64,000 nt of DNA from Rhabdothermincola salaria (GCF_021246445.1 NZ_JAJQXW010000001.1:558001-622000); one strand, 5' to 3'. Counted from the first letter of the stretch, positions 28,769-38,955 are shown. The notes: generated from the letters alone by a model not told the origin. Program-made: numbers and translations.

Positions 28769-29484
28769 GACCGGTAGTGGGAAAAGGCCACCTCAGCCAG
28801 GTGCCAGTCGACCTCGGTATCGATGTCGTGGGCGCGCTCTCGGGGGAGGACGTACAGGGCCGTCCGAGTCTGTAGCTTCCGTGGAGGGTGGGCCCAGTAG
28901 GTCCGTGTCCCCCACGCGAACTGCCCGCAGTCGAAGTAGGCCTCGGGAAGGTCCTGCGACCTCGTGAGGCGATATTCGGGCCAGATCATCGAGGCGGAGT
29001 TGGACTCGTCCTGCTGCCAGGCACGGTGAACCGGGGCAGGGTGGGCGCAGGCTGAGAAGACAAGCTCGGCGCCGCTCGTGCAAAGAAGGGCGAGTGACTC
29101 GGCGAGGTCCTTCGCCAGCGTGAAGACAGCAGCCGGATAGATCAGGCACACATGGGTGATCTCAGCCGTGGTGTGCCTGGAGTACTTATCGATGGCATCG
29201 GCCACCACCGGCTGGAGCGGCGTGAAATCGTCAGCGAGGGTCGAGTCACGGCTGAAGGGGACCGCTGCCCCGGCTTCCTCGGCGACGGCGGCGATCTCGT
29301 CGTCATCGGTGGACACGACAACATCACGGAAGAGCTGCGAGCGAAGGGCGGTCTGGATGGGCCGCACGATGAGGGGCAATCCGTGGAACGGTCGGATGTT
29401 CTTGCGCGGGATGCGCTTGCTGCCACCACGGGCAGGGATCACGGCGAGGCAGTTCTCGGGTCGCGGGAGCTCAACGCTACTCAT
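28750..29484 (-). CDS. pseF: Pseudaminic acid cytidylyltransferase
   Basis: IPARGGSKRIPRKNI, VSTDDDEIA, TRSQDL, DCGQF and DIDT motifs; last gene of the pse operon. Confidence 0.88.
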   Translation of the reverse strand: MSSVELPRPENCLAVIPARGGSKRIPRKNIRPFHGLPLIVRPIQTALRSQLFRDVVVSTDDDEIAAVAEEAGAAVPFSRDSTLADDFTPLQPVVADAIDKYSRHTTAEITHVCLIYPAAVFTLAKDLAESLALLCTSGAELVFSACAHPAPVHRAWQQDESNSASMIWPEYRLTRSQDLPEAYFDCGQFAWGTRTYWAHPPRKLQTRTALYVLPRERAHDIDTEVDWHLAEVAFSHYRSEAPQV

Positions 29485-30532
29485 CGGCGACGTCCGCCGA
29501 AGTGAGCGGATCCCCGACCGAAAGGGATCGACGTGCCCGTTTGCCGATCACGGTTGAAAGGAGGTCCGGCGCCAGCCCGCCAGCGGGGCGCACCGAACGG
29601 ACGTTGCGCTCTGAGAAGGCCTTCCCCTCGGCGATGGGAGCGATCACTCGGAGTGAGCGGCGGAACGCGAGACTCGCTGCTTCGCCGGCGGATGGGCCGA
29701 AGCGTGGACGTCCGATGGCAGCATGGGCCTCCCCTAGCACCGAGCTAAGCCTCGCGAGCTCCTGCGGCTCTAGGGAAAATTCAGCATCGGGCCCACCGTC
29801 TGATCGTCGCAGTGTCACGTGCTTCTCGACGATCGAAGCACCGAGTGCGACGGCAGCGATCGCAGCAGTGCTGGTGAGGGTGTGGTCCGAGAGCCCGACG
29901 GGTACGTCCCAGAGAGATCGCATCACCGGGATGGCCGCAAGATCCATCTGCCCTGGGTCAGCGGGGTAGGCGGAGTTGCAGCGCAACAACGCCACCGAGG
30001 GCGCTCCGCCTTCGCTCGCGGCACGGACGGCCCGGTCGATCTCGTCCACGGTCGCCATCCCCGTCGAGATGATCAACGGCCGGCCCTTGGACGCGGAGTA
30101 TCGGATCAGAGGAAGATCGACGATCTCGAATGAGGCGATCTTGTAGGCCGGTGGGTTGAACGACTCGAGGAAGTCGACAGCCGAGGGGTCGAACGGGGTC
30201 GAGAGCCAGGCGAGGCCGAGGCGATCGCACTCGGCGACGAGTTCTTCGGTCCACTCCCACGGCGTCATGGCCTCGGCGTAGAGATCCGCGAGCTGGCGAC
30301 CATCCCACAGGGTCCCGCCCGTGACCTGGAAGTCGGGGTGGTCAGAGCGGACGGTCATGGACTCGGGTGTGTAGTGCTGGAACTTCACGACGTCGGCGCC
30401 AGCCGAAGCAGCGGCCCCTACGAGCTCGAGGGCACGCTCGATTCTGCCGCTGTGGTTCCCGGAGATCTCGGCGATGAGACAAGGTGAGCCGGCTACGCCG
30501 GCGAGGGCCTCTCTCAGTCGGTCGTCGCTCAT
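29477..30532 (-). CDS. pseI: Pseudaminic acid synthase
   Basis: IAEISGNH, LYAEAMTPWEW, YKIASFE, STGMA, GLSDHT, EKH, FRRSL and VRPAGGL (SAF domain). Confidence 0.9.
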   Translation of the reverse strand: MSDDRLREALAGVAGSPCLIAEISGNHSGRIERALELVGAAASAGADVVKFQHYTPESMTVRSDHPDFQVTGGTLWDGRQLADLYAEAMTPWEWTEELVAECDRLGLAWLSTPFDPSAVDFLESFNPPAYKIASFEIVDLPLIRYSASKGRPLIISTGMATVDEIDRAVRAASEGGAPSVALLRCNSAYPADPGQMDLAAIPVMRSLWDVPVGLSDHTLTSTAAIAAVALGASIVEKHVTLRRSDGGPDAEFSLEPQELARLSSVLGEAHAAIGRPRFGPSAGEAASLAFRRSLRVIAPIAEGKAFSERNVRSVRPAGGLAPDLLSTVIGKRARRSLSVGDPLTSADVADE

Positions 30533-31077
30533 GCTCCACCGCCTGGCTGCGAGTCGGTCTGTCTTGGGTACAAGGTCAGCCACTCCTTGCGCAAGAGGGC
30601 CAAGCCGACGACGTCGAGCGGCGTGCCGCTTCTCCATACGAAGGAACGGAAGAAGGCTTCCCTTCGGAAGCCGGTCTGCTCATAGAGTGCGATCGCTCGA
30701 TCGTTGGTGGCCATCGCCTCTACCCAGACCCGTTCGAGGCTGAGATCGTCAAATGCCATGCGCATGGACAGCACGAGGAGCGTGGCCCCGAGGCCACGTC
30801 CGTGAGACGCCGGATCGATGTAGCCGCCCCACGAGCAGGACCGGTGCAGCCGCGTGTCGATGTTGGTCAGCGATGCCAGCCCCACCGCAGTCGTTCCGTC
30901 GACGAACATACGATGACGATGAGCGGGGCCATCGATTGCAGCCGCAGCGAACCACGCTTCGTGTTCAGCTGGTGAGGCTGGCCCCGAGGTGTACATGAAG
31001 CGACTCACCTCCGGATCGGTCCTCCACCGGTAGAGAAGCTCTACATCTGCTGCTTCCAACGGGCGCAGTCTTGTCAC
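30529..31077 (-). CDS. pseH: GNAT N-acetyltransferase of the Pse pathway
   Basis: WRTDPEVSRFMY...EHEAWF, GRGLG and NDRAIALYEQTGF motifs; lies between pseG and pseI. Confidence 0.82.
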   Translation of the reverse strand: MTRLRPLEAADVELLYRWRTDPEVSRFMYTSGPASPAEHEAWFAAAAIDGPAHRHRMFVDGTTAVGLASLTNIDTRLHRSCSWGGYIDPASHGRGLGATLLVLSMRMAFDDLSLERVWVEAMATNDRAIALYEQTGFRREAFFRSFVWRSGTPLDVVGLALLRKEWLTLYPRQTDSQPGGGA

Positions 31078-32117
31078 CTGTCGCTTCCTTCCAGGACAGC
31101 TTCGACCGCACGAACCACGCGGTCTGCTCCGAGACCGTCCACGAGCGACTCGCCGGCAGAGGCCATGCGTGCTCGTCGGCAATCATCGTTGAGCAGGCGC
31201 GCCACCTCGTTTGACACAGCAGTGGATAGGTCGGGATGCGATCCGTCAAGGGTGAGGCAGAAGGAACGGACTTCGTCTGTGTCTACCAACTGGCGTTGGT
31301 TGTCAGCGGTGATCACGGCTACTACTGGTGTGGCCAAGCACGCAGCCTCCCAGAGCGTGGTTCCAGCTCCGAGCACGGCCACGTCTGCATCTGCGAGTGC
31401 TGCAGGTAGTGCTTCATGAGTGACCTCGTGAAGAGCGGGTTCTTCTCCGATGAGGGATCTGAGTTCAGCGCACCTCGGGTTGGCCATGCCGATGACTATC
31501 CCGACCTCGGCAGAAAGATGCGAAAGGCTGCGTGCGATCAATGCGGTCGTGTTCGCGGGGTCGGTCCCACCCATCGAGACCGCCACTCGAGGTGAGTCGC
31601 CACACGAGCGCGTGATGGCCCGTTGGTCGCGGATCTCTTCTCTGATCAACGCGTACTCGAGCCCGCGGAGAAGAGTTGAGGCGCCAGGGGCTGGGTACTC
31701 GATCAGTGGAGCGTGGGGGTTCTGGTTGAGGATGGTGTCAGCCGGGAGCTGGCTGTGTTCCCCGTTGTCGTCGATCCGGACGACGAACGGCCCGAGCCCG
31801 AGTCCATCCATGAAGTCTTCGCCGAGGTGATAGCCATCGAGCGTGACCGCATCTGGATCAACCCGACCCAGCGCGGCGCCGTCGGTCGTTGATCCAGGGG
31901 GCTCGACAACATCCACGATCACAATGCCCAGTCCACGGGCCCGTTCTCGCAGTGCTGTGGGGAGTGAGGCACTCCACAGCTCGCAACGCCACCTTCGTCG
32001 GCGGGCAGCAGCCCCCAGGGTGAGTGAACGCATCACGTGACCGACCCCGAGGAGTGCCGAGGCGTCGGCCCGAAGCACCCACGTTCGGGGGCGGTGGTCA
32101 GATGTCGGCGCCGTCAT
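31074..32117 (-). CDS. pseG: UDP-sugar hydrolase of the Pse pathway
   Basis: RADAS..LGVGHVMRSL, DGY, IDD, MGGTD, AGTT.WE, ADNQ and DGLGA.RV motifs. Confidence 0.85.
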   Translation of the reverse strand: MTAPTSDHRPRTWVLRADASALLGVGHVMRSLTLGAAARRRRWRCELWSASLPTALRERARGLGIVIVDVVEPPGSTTDGAALGRVDPDAVTLDGYHLGEDFMDGLGLGPFVVRIDDNGEHSQLPADTILNQNPHAPLIEYPAPGASTLLRGLEYALIREEIRDQRAITRSCGDSPRVAVSMGGTDPANTTALIARSLSHLSAEVGIVIGMANPRCAELRSLIGEEPALHEVTHEALPAALADADVAVLGAGTTLWEAACLATPVVAVITADNQRQLVDTDEVRSFCLTLDGSHPDLSTAVSNEVARLLNDDCRRARMASAGESLVDGLGADRVVRAVEAVLEGSDR

Positions 32118-32157
32118 GGAAACGACGGCTGCTGATCGGCTGCAGTGGGCTGGGGCC

Positions 32158-33246
32158 TCATTGCGTGGCGGACTCGAGCGCTCGAACCACCGCTTCTTGA
32201 TGAGCGGCGGTCAGCCCGGGGAAGCACGGAAGGCTGATCAAGCGCTCGTACAAGGCATCGCAGCTCGGAAGGTCTCCCGGTTGGATTCCGGTGTCGCTGC
32301 TCAGCGGGTGGTGATGGATTGGCACGTAGTGGACTTGTACGCCGATGTCGGCGGCTCGAAGCTCCCCAAAGACGCGCCTGCGGTCGGCCACCGTGATCGG
32401 AAACAGGTGGTAGCCGTGCCGGAAGCCCTCGGGTGCCGCCGGGGGAAGACCAACGGGGAGGTCGGCCAACATCTCGCGGTAGCGATCGGCGATTTCGTTG
32501 CGGCGGGCAATGAACAGATCGAGCTTGGTCATCTGGCTGGCACCGAGCGCAGCCTGGAGATCGGTCATGCGGTAGTTGTAACCGACGTCGCTGATCTCGT
32601 AGACCCAGGCTCCCCGGTCAGGCTGGCGAACCATGCAATGCGAGCGAAACGACCGTAGGCGCTCAGCGAGGTCATCATCATTTGTCGTCACCATCCCGCC
32701 CTCTCCAGAGGTCACCGGTTTGACGGGGTGGAACGAGAAGCAGCACATGTCGCTGTGGGCACAGTTGCCGACCGGCCCGTCCGGGTTCATCGCACCGAGG
32801 GCATGGGCGGCGTCTTCGATGACCACTCTCGGTCGTTCCGACCACCCAGGGTTGGCCAGGTCCACCGGCAGCCCCGCGTAGTGCACCGCCACCACGGCAT
32901 CGGTGCCAGCCGGGACCCTGGCCAGATCGAGGTTCCAGGTGGACGGATCGATGTCGACGAGCGCAGGGCGGGCGCCCACGTAGCGAGCGCAGTTGGCGCT
33001 GGCCATGAACGTCAGGGGAGAGGTGACCACCGTGTCGCCCGGGCCGAGGCCGGCCGCCCAGGCCGCACCGTGGAGTGCGGCCGTGCCCGACGAGAAGGCC
33101 ACGGCATGGCGCGCCCCCGTGTGCTCGGCCACGGCACCCTCGAAGCGTTCGATGGCCGGTCCCTGGGTGAGCCAATCGCCCCGGAGTACATCGACCACGG
33201 CGGCGATGTCGTCCTCGTCGATGCTCTGGCGGCCGTAGGGGATCAT
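32158..33246 (-). CDS. pseC: PLP-dependent aminotransferase of the Pse pathway
   Basis: MIPYGRQSIDEDD, LTQGP, FSFHPVK..TSGEGG and QVHYVP motifs. Confidence 0.9.
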   Translation of the reverse strand: MIPYGRQSIDEDDIAAVVDVLRGDWLTQGPAIERFEGAVAEHTGARHAVAFSSGTAALHGAAWAAGLGPGDTVVTSPLTFMASANCARYVGARPALVDIDPSTWNLDLARVPAGTDAVVAVHYAGLPVDLANPGWSERPRVVIEDAAHALGAMNPDGPVGNCAHSDMCCFSFHPVKPVTSGEGGMVTTNDDDLAERLRSFRSHCMVRQPDRGAWVYEISDVGYNYRMTDLQAALGASQMTKLDLFIARRNEIADRYREMLADLPVGLPPAAPEGFRHGYHLFPITVADRRRVFGELRAADIGVQVHYVPIHHHPLSSDTGIQPGDLPSCDALYERLISLPCFPGLTAAHQEAVVRALESATQ

Positions 33247-33248
33247 CG

Positions 33249-34226
33249 TCAGACCGTGGCGAGGAGGTCGCGGATCTCCTCCACGCTGATCCACATGTCG
33301 TTGGTGTCGGACCGGTAGGCGAAGCCGTCCGGGGTGGGCTTGCCGGAGCGCTCGCGACCCGACCGCCACCCCTCGATGACCGGGGCGATCACGTAGTGGT
33401 CGTCGTGGGCGAAGGTCCTGCGGGCGTCGTCCGCGGAGATCATCTCCTCGTGAAGCTTCTCGCCGGGCCGGATGCCGACCACCTCGGTGGGGACACCCGG
33501 GGCGATGGCCGCAGCCAGGTCCATGACGGTGGTGGAGGGGATGCGAGGCACGAAGATCTCTCCGCCGTGCATGCGATCGAAGCTGTCGACCACGAACCTC
33601 ACGGCCTGGGGGAGCGTGATCCAGAAGCGGGTCATGCGTTCGTCGGTGATGGGGAGACGACCCTCGGCCGCCAGACGGCGGAACAACGGGACCACCGACC
33701 CCCGGCTGCCCATCACGTTGCCGTAGCGCACCACCGACATGCGGGTGGGGCTGTGCCCGGCGTAGTGGTTGCCGGCCACGAAGAGCTTGTCGGAGCAGAG
33801 CTTGGAAGCCCCGTAGAGGTTGATGGGTGACGAGGCCTTGTCGGTGGACAGAGCGACCACACGCTCGACCCCGGCATCAATGGCGGCGTTGATGACGTTC
33901 TCGGCACCCAACACGTTGGTGGCGATGCACTCGAAGGGGTTGTACTCGGCGGTGTCCACCTGCTTCATGGCCGCAGCGTGCACGATGGCGTCCACACCAC
34001 TGAAGGCGCGGGCGAGACGACCGGGATCACGGACGTCGCCGATGAACCACCGCAGACGTGGATCGTCGCCGATCTCGCTGCGGAACTCGTACTGCTTGAG
34101 TTCGTCACGCGAGAGGATGGCGATCCGTTCCGGTTCGAGATGCTGGAGGGCGTGACGGATGAAGGCCTTGCCGAAGCTGCCGGTGCCTCCGGTGACTAGT
34201 ACCGACTTGCCGCTCAGGTAGCTCAT
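33249..34226 (-). CDS. pseB: UDP-GlcNAc 4,6-dehydratase (inverting)
   Basis: TGGTGSFG, SRDELKQ, AEYNPFEC, LSTDKA, RYGNVMGSRGSV, MTRFWI and GIRPGEKLHE motifs. Confidence 0.92.
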   Translation of the reverse strand: MSYLSGKSVLVTGGTGSFGKAFIRHALQHLEPERIAILSRDELKQYEFRSEIGDDPRLRWFIGDVRDPGRLARAFSGVDAIVHAAAMKQVDTAEYNPFECIATNVLGAENVINAAIDAGVERVVALSTDKASSPINLYGASKLCSDKLFVAGNHYAGHSPTRMSVVRYGNVMGSRGSVVPLFRRLAAEGRLPITDERMTRFWITLPQAVRFVVDSFDRMHGGEIFVPRIPSTTVMDLAAAIAPGVPTEVVGIRPGEKLHEEMISADDARRTFAHDDHYVIAPVIEGWRSGRERSGKPTPDGFAYRSDTNDMWISVEEIRDLLATV

Positions 34227-34257
34227 GGTGTGTGTTCTCTTCGTGATGGGGAAGGAG

Positions 34258-36087
34258 TCATGCCACTGCTCCGGGGTGCGGTGGGGCGGCGGCGTGATGG
34301 CTCTGGGGGGTCAGGCCGGCGAGGGCCACCGCCCGGGCAAACTCGGGGATCAGTTCGGCCGTCTCGTCGAAGCTGCCGACGTGACGCACCCTGCCGGCCT
34401 CGAGGTAGGCGACGCGGTCACAGCGACGAATCGTGGAGAGACGGTGGGCGACGACAACGAGGGTGAGTTCACCGGCCAGGGCTGCCACAGATTCGACGAC
34501 CGCCGCTTCGGTCTCCACATCTAGCGCAGCGGTGGCCTCATCGAGCACCAGCACCGAGGGTTGGGCGTAGAGGGCACGGGCGATGCCCAGGCGCTGGCGC
34601 TGACCGCCGGACAGGCGGGTGCCGCGTTCACCGACCATGGTCGATACCCCCTCGGGCAGACTGCGCACGAACTCGTCGAGCTGGGCCCGGCGAAGGGCGT
34701 CCCACAGGAGGTCCTCGTCGACGGCAAGGCCGAAGGCAACGTTCTCGGCAACGGTGGCATCAGCCAAGAACACGTCTTGGGGCACCAGCCCAATCTCGCG
34801 TCGCCAGGTCCGACCGTCCTCGGCGAGGGGATGGCCATCGACCTCTATCTTGCCGGCTGTGGCCAGGCGCAGGCCACACACCACGTCGATGAGGGTGGAC
34901 TTGCCTGCCCCGGAGGGTCCCACCACGCCGAGCGATGTTCCCGGTTCCACCGCCAGCGACACGTTCTGTAGTGCATCCGTGGGTGCCTCCCCGTAGCGGA
35001 ACGACACACGGTCGAGAACCAGTCGGCGGGGGCGTCCCTCCGCCCGTCGGGGCGGCATTGATACGAGCGTTGGACCGGAGAGCGTCTCGATGCAGAGGTC
35101 GTCCAAGTCCGCAGTGATGGACTCCAGGGCAGCACGACCAACCTTCACGTTGGTGACGGCAGCCAGCAGGCGCGACAACGACGGCAGCATTCGGAAGGCC
35201 ACGGCGAGGAGCACGGCCAAGGTCGCCAGACCTGCCCTGGAGCCATCGCTGGTGGCCACCACGACGCCGGCGATGATGCCGAAACCACCCATCACGAGGA
35301 TCTCGAGGTAGTAGCGGCTCAGCTCGGCGGCGAAGGTCGTGAAGCGCTGCGCCCGTGCCTGGGCTTGCCGGTCCACGGCGAACGCCTCGACCAGGTCGGT
35401 CTCGGAACCGCGGAGACGATGCTCCCGGAGGCCGCCCAGGCCCTCCTGGATGAGCCGGATGACAGTGGCCGCCTTCTGCTGCACGATGCGGGCGTTGCGG
35501 CGGGTGCGCGTCTGCAGCACCTTGACGTAGAACAACGACGCCAGCCCGAAGTACGCCACGCCGATGATGGCGGGAATGGGGGCCGACACGACGAGCACTA
35601 TGGCCAGCACCATCAGCGTGGCCGCCTCGGCCACGCCGCTGGCGGTGGCCAGCACCCCTTGTTGGAAGAACTGTTGGATAGAGGTGGTCAGCGTGCGCAG
35701 CGACGCCGACGTGTTGTGGTCGTCATGGAACGAGAGCGGGGCGTCGAGGTAGGCAGCGAAGAGGCGGGTGGCGGTGGTGGCCCCTGCGTTGAGAACCACG
35801 CCCACGCTCCACCAGCGGATGAGGGCCATGGCAACGCTCTTGGCAGTGAAGAAGAGGACGACCAGCGCCAGAAGCCAGCCCACTGAGAGTCCATCGATGA
35901 AGGGAAGAACGCCGACCGGGGATTCGCCCGAGGAGTCGGACAGGGTGTCGATGAGGGGCACCAACAACAAGATGCCGATGGCATCGAGACCGGCGGCCAG
36001 CACCGACAGCAGCGACAGGCCCGCAAAACGTCGAACGATTCGACGATCAAGGATCCGCCGAGCCTGCGTGAAGTACTCGGGCATCAC
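34258..36087 (-). CDS. ABC exporter with fused TMD and NBD, PglK/MsbA-like putative glycan flippase
   Basis: N-terminal TMs; GPSGAGKST, LVPQD, LSGGQRQRLGIARALY, DEATAALD and AHRL motifs. Confidence 0.85.
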   Translation of the reverse strand: MMPEYFTQARRILDRRIVRRFAGLSLLSVLAAGLDAIGILLLVPLIDTLSDSSGESPVGVLPFIDGLSVGWLLALVVLFFTAKSVAMALIRWWSVGVVLNAGATTATRLFAAYLDAPLSFHDDHNTSASLRTLTTSIQQFFQQGVLATASGVAEAATLMVLAIVLVVSAPIPAIIGVAYFGLASLFYVKVLQTRTRRNARIVQQKAATVIRLIQEGLGGLREHRLRGSETDLVEAFAVDRQAQARAQRFTTFAAELSRYYLEILVMGGFGIIAGVVVATSDGSRAGLATLAVLLAVAFRMLPSLSRLLAAVTNVKVGRAALESITADLDDLCIETLSGPTLVSMPPRRAEGRPRRLVLDRVSFRYGEAPTDALQNVSLAVEPGTSLGVVGPSGAGKSTLIDVVCGLRLATAGKIEVDGHPLAEDGRTWRREIGLVPQDVFLADATVAENVAFGLAVDEDLLWDALRRAQLDEFVRSLPEGVSTMVGERGTRLSGGQRQRLGIARALYAQPSVLVLDEATAALDVETEAAVVESVAALAGELTLVVVAHRLSTIRRCDRVAYLEAGRVRHVGSFDETAELIPEFARAVALAGLTPQSHHAAAPPHPGAVA

Positions 36088-36291
36088 AGCCGGCTCCCTG
36101 AGGTTGACCCAGTGCTCGACTTCAACTCACGTCCTCGATATCCGCCACTTGCGCATAGTGTAGAGCCTCGACGGGGCGAGGCAGCCGGACCTTGGGTGGC
36201 CCCTTGATCGGCGTTGACGTGGACCTAGTGCGGTCAGGATGGCGTGGGGTCGGCTCACAATTGTCGGGATTGTCCGGCAGCAAGGACGGTA

Positions 36292-37560
36292 ATGGAGACG
36301 AATGGTCGGCGGTTGGTCGTCGTAGGGCAGGGTTACGTGGGGTTGCCTCTTGCCATGCGAGCGGTCGAAGTAGGTTTCAATGTCGTCGGAGTAGATACTG
36401 ACGACGACAAGATCTCGGCGATCCGGGGTGGCAAGTCGCCCGTTGAAGACGTCAGCGGTCAGCGCCTCGAGGTGGCCTTGGCCTCTGGCCGCTACCAGCC
36501 CACGAGCGACGCTGCGGGCAGCAAAGGCTTCGATGTAGCGGTCATCTCGGTGCCTACCCCCCTCCTCGATGGAGTACCGGACCTCAAATACGTCGAACAG
36601 GCCGCCGCTGACCTCTCGGCGCACCTCCGACTTGGCGCGTGTGTGATCCTCGAGTCGACGACATACCCGGGTACGACCGAGGAGGTCGTCGCCCCGATCC
36701 TGGAGCAGGGAAGCGGACTGCGGGCAGGTCCCGACTTTCATCTCGGGTACAGCCCCGAGCGGATCGATCCGGGGAACGCCGAGTGGCGTTTCGAGAACAC
36801 CCCGAAGGTCGTGTCCGGGATCGATGAGGCCTCGCTGGCAGTTGTGCAGACCTTCTATGGCGAGCTGGTCGAGAAGACGGTGGCGGTGTCGAGTCCCAAG
36901 GAGGCCGAGCTCACCAAGCTCCTCGAGAACACCTTCCGACACGTCAACATCGCCCTCGTCAACGAGCTGGCGATGTTCGCGCACGATCTCGGCATCGACG
37001 TGTGGGAAGCCATCGACGCGGCGACCACCAAGCCGTTCGGGTACATGCGCTTCACCCCCGGCCCGGGCGTGGGGGGGCACTGCCTGCCGATCGACCCGTC
37101 CTACCTCTCGTGGAGAGTTCGACAGTCTCTGGGGCACTCGTTTCGTTTCGTCGAACTCGCCAACGACGTGAACGATCACATGCCGGACTACGTGGTGCAG
37201 CGGGTGGTGGAGCTCCTGAACGGACGGAGCCTTCCGGTGAACGGCCGGCGTGTCCTCCTCCTGGGCCTCGCCTACAAGAAGAACACGGGTGATGCCCGGG
37301 AGAGCCCTTCTCGGCGCATCTGCGAGCTCCTCCTCGGGCTGGGCGCAGACATTCGGGTTGCCGACCCCCATGTGGTGGATCACCATGTTCCGGCGGGCGT
37401 GACAAGGGTCGAGCTGACCGCTGAAGAGGCGGCGAGCGCCGACCTCGCGGTGCTGATCGTCGACCACGACGACTTCGACCTCGATCTGCTCGTTCGGCAC
37501 GCCACCCTCGTCTTCGACACGCGAAACAGGCTCACGGCGCCGAACGTTGTGCCGCTCTAG
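36292..37560 (+). CDS. Nucleotide-sugar (UDP-HexNAc) 6-dehydrogenase
   Basis: GQGYVGLP, VPTP, ESTTYPGTT, SPERIDPGN, KLLENTFR, GGHC and YKKN motifs. Confidence 0.9.
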   Translation: METNGRRLVVVGQGYVGLPLAMRAVEVGFNVVGVDTDDDKISAIRGGKSPVEDVSGQRLEVALASGRYQPTSDAAGSKGFDVAVISVPTPLLDGVPDLKYVEQAAADLSAHLRLGACVILESTTYPGTTEEVVAPILEQGSGLRAGPDFHLGYSPERIDPGNAEWRFENTPKVVSGIDEASLAVVQTFYGELVEKTVAVSSPKEAELTKLLENTFRHVNIALVNELAMFAHDLGIDVWEAIDAATTKPFGYMRFTPGPGVGGHCLPIDPSYLSWRVRQSLGHSFRFVELANDVNDHMPDYVVQRVVELLNGRSLPVNGRRVLLLGLAYKKNTGDARESPSRRICELLLGLGADIRVADPHVVDHHVPAGVTRVELTAEEAASADLAVLIVDHDDFDLDLLVRHATLVFDTRNRLTAPNVVPL

Positions 37561-37580
37561 GCGGCGAGACGGGACCCCAG

Positions 37581-38270
37581 GTGGTGACGCCTCCGGATAT
37601 GCCCGCTGGGTCCGAAGCGAGGTGGCGACCTTCGGCGATCGACGGCGCGGCGCTCGGTGGGCTCACCGTCGTGTGGTCGTGGTTCGCCAGCTTCCTCCGG
37701 CGCCCCGACCGGTGGTGGGCGATCCCGGCGGCCGTGCTTCTCGGTGCTTGCCTGCCAGCGATGGGCCGCGAGTCGGCGCGGGTCCTCGGTGAGGGGTGGT
37801 CGTGGGTGCTCCTGGCTGGGGTGGCCGGCGCCGGCTACCTGTGTGTGCCCGAGAACCGCCAGTACCTGCCGCTGATTCTCCTGATAGCGGTGCTGGCGGT
37901 CCTTCAAGGGTTCCGAGGCCGCGAGCGCTTCGAGTCGGCATGGTCCATTGCTGCTGCAGCCACCCTGGGGGCGGGGCTCTACGGTGCCACCGGTCGGCAG
38001 AGTGCTCTCATCGCGACGCTGTTCATGGTGGCTCTGTTGGGGGTCCCCGCTCTGCTGGCTCGTTCGTTGCGGGGTGCCCCACTTGGAGGGATGGCGCCGG
38101 CGGTGGTCGTCGGGCTGCTCGCCGGAGCTGCTGTCGCAGTGGCCCGTACCGGGGGACTGGCCCGCTCCCCGTGGCCAGCCTTGTTGTCAGTCGCAGTCGC
38201 GGCGGCCGGACTCGCGCTGTGTCTCGTTGCGGGCACGTGGTTCGTCCGGCGGTCTGCGTTGCCAACGTAG
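37581..38270 (+). CDS. Hypothetical integral membrane protein
   Basis: Hydrophobic ORF with several TM segments filling the gap between two recognised genes. Confidence 0.55.
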   Translation: MVTPPDMPAGSEARWRPSAIDGAALGGLTVVWSWFASFLRRPDRWWAIPAAVLLGACLPAMGRESARVLGEGWSWVLLAGVAGAGYLCVPENRQYLPLILLIAVLAVLQGFRGRERFESAWSIAAAATLGAGLYGATGRQSALIATLFMVALLGVPALLARSLRGAPLGGMAPAVVVGLLAGAAVAVARTGGLARSPWPALLSVAVAAAGLALCLVAGTWFVRRSALPT

Positions 38271-38307
38271 AGATGCGGCAGGCGGGGCCCACTCGTGCGG
38301 GTGGCTC

Positions 38308-38955
38308 TCAGTCGCCCGGTGGGATCTGAGCTCGCCGGGCGGGGTTGCCAACGACGGTGACCCCAGGGGGTACGTCTCGGACGACCACGGCGCCGGCTCC
38401 CACGGTGGCACCGGCTCCGATGCGGATGCCTTCGCGGACGGTGGCGTTGGTGCCGATGAGGACCCCCGCTCCCACTGTCACGTTCCCGCTGAGGACCGCT
38501 CCCGGCATGACGGAAGTGAAGTCGCCGACCACGTCGTCGTGGCCGACTGCGCTCTGGTAGCCGATGTACACGTGCCGGCCGATGGCGGCTGTCGCCGACA
38601 TGTGAGCGCCGTCGAGGACAACTGTTCCTTCCTCGATCTCGACCGAGGTGCCGACCGTCGCTCGGGGGTGGATCAGCGTGGCCGCCCGCAGGCTGTGCGG
38701 TGGGAGCTGATCAATCACCTGTCGGCGGGTGTGGGGCCAGCCCACTCCAAGGATGTAGTGGGTGACATCGAGGTGGGGCAGCTCGGACAACGGACCGAGA
38801 TGGGCGATTCGCCCACGGAACCGTTGCTCAGGAGGTGGGTCGTCGGCCAGGAGGCCGACCACGGGAAGATCGATCGCCAGGTGCTCGGCCAGGGCCTCGA
38901 AACCACTGAGGACGTCGCTGGCGTGGCCTCCGCCTCCGATGAGTACGACACGCAC
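38308..38955 (-). CDS. Hexapeptide-repeat sugar acetyltransferase, PglD/NeuD-like
   Basis: IGGGGHA, LIHP, GHD, hexapeptide repeats and VGNPAR; TACGTT -10 lies 6 nt before the GTG (likely leaderless). Confidence 0.88.
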   Translation of the reverse strand: MRVVLIGGGGHASDVLSGFEALAEHLAIDLPVVGLLADDPPPEQRFRGRIAHLGPLSELPHLDVTHYILGVGWPHTRRQVIDQLPPHSLRAATLIHPRATVGTSVEIEEGTVVLDGAHMSATAAIGRHVYIGYQSAVGHDDVVGDFTSVMPGAVLSGNVTVGAGVLIGTNATVREGIRIGAGATVGAGAVVVRDVPPGVTVVGNPARRAQIPPGD

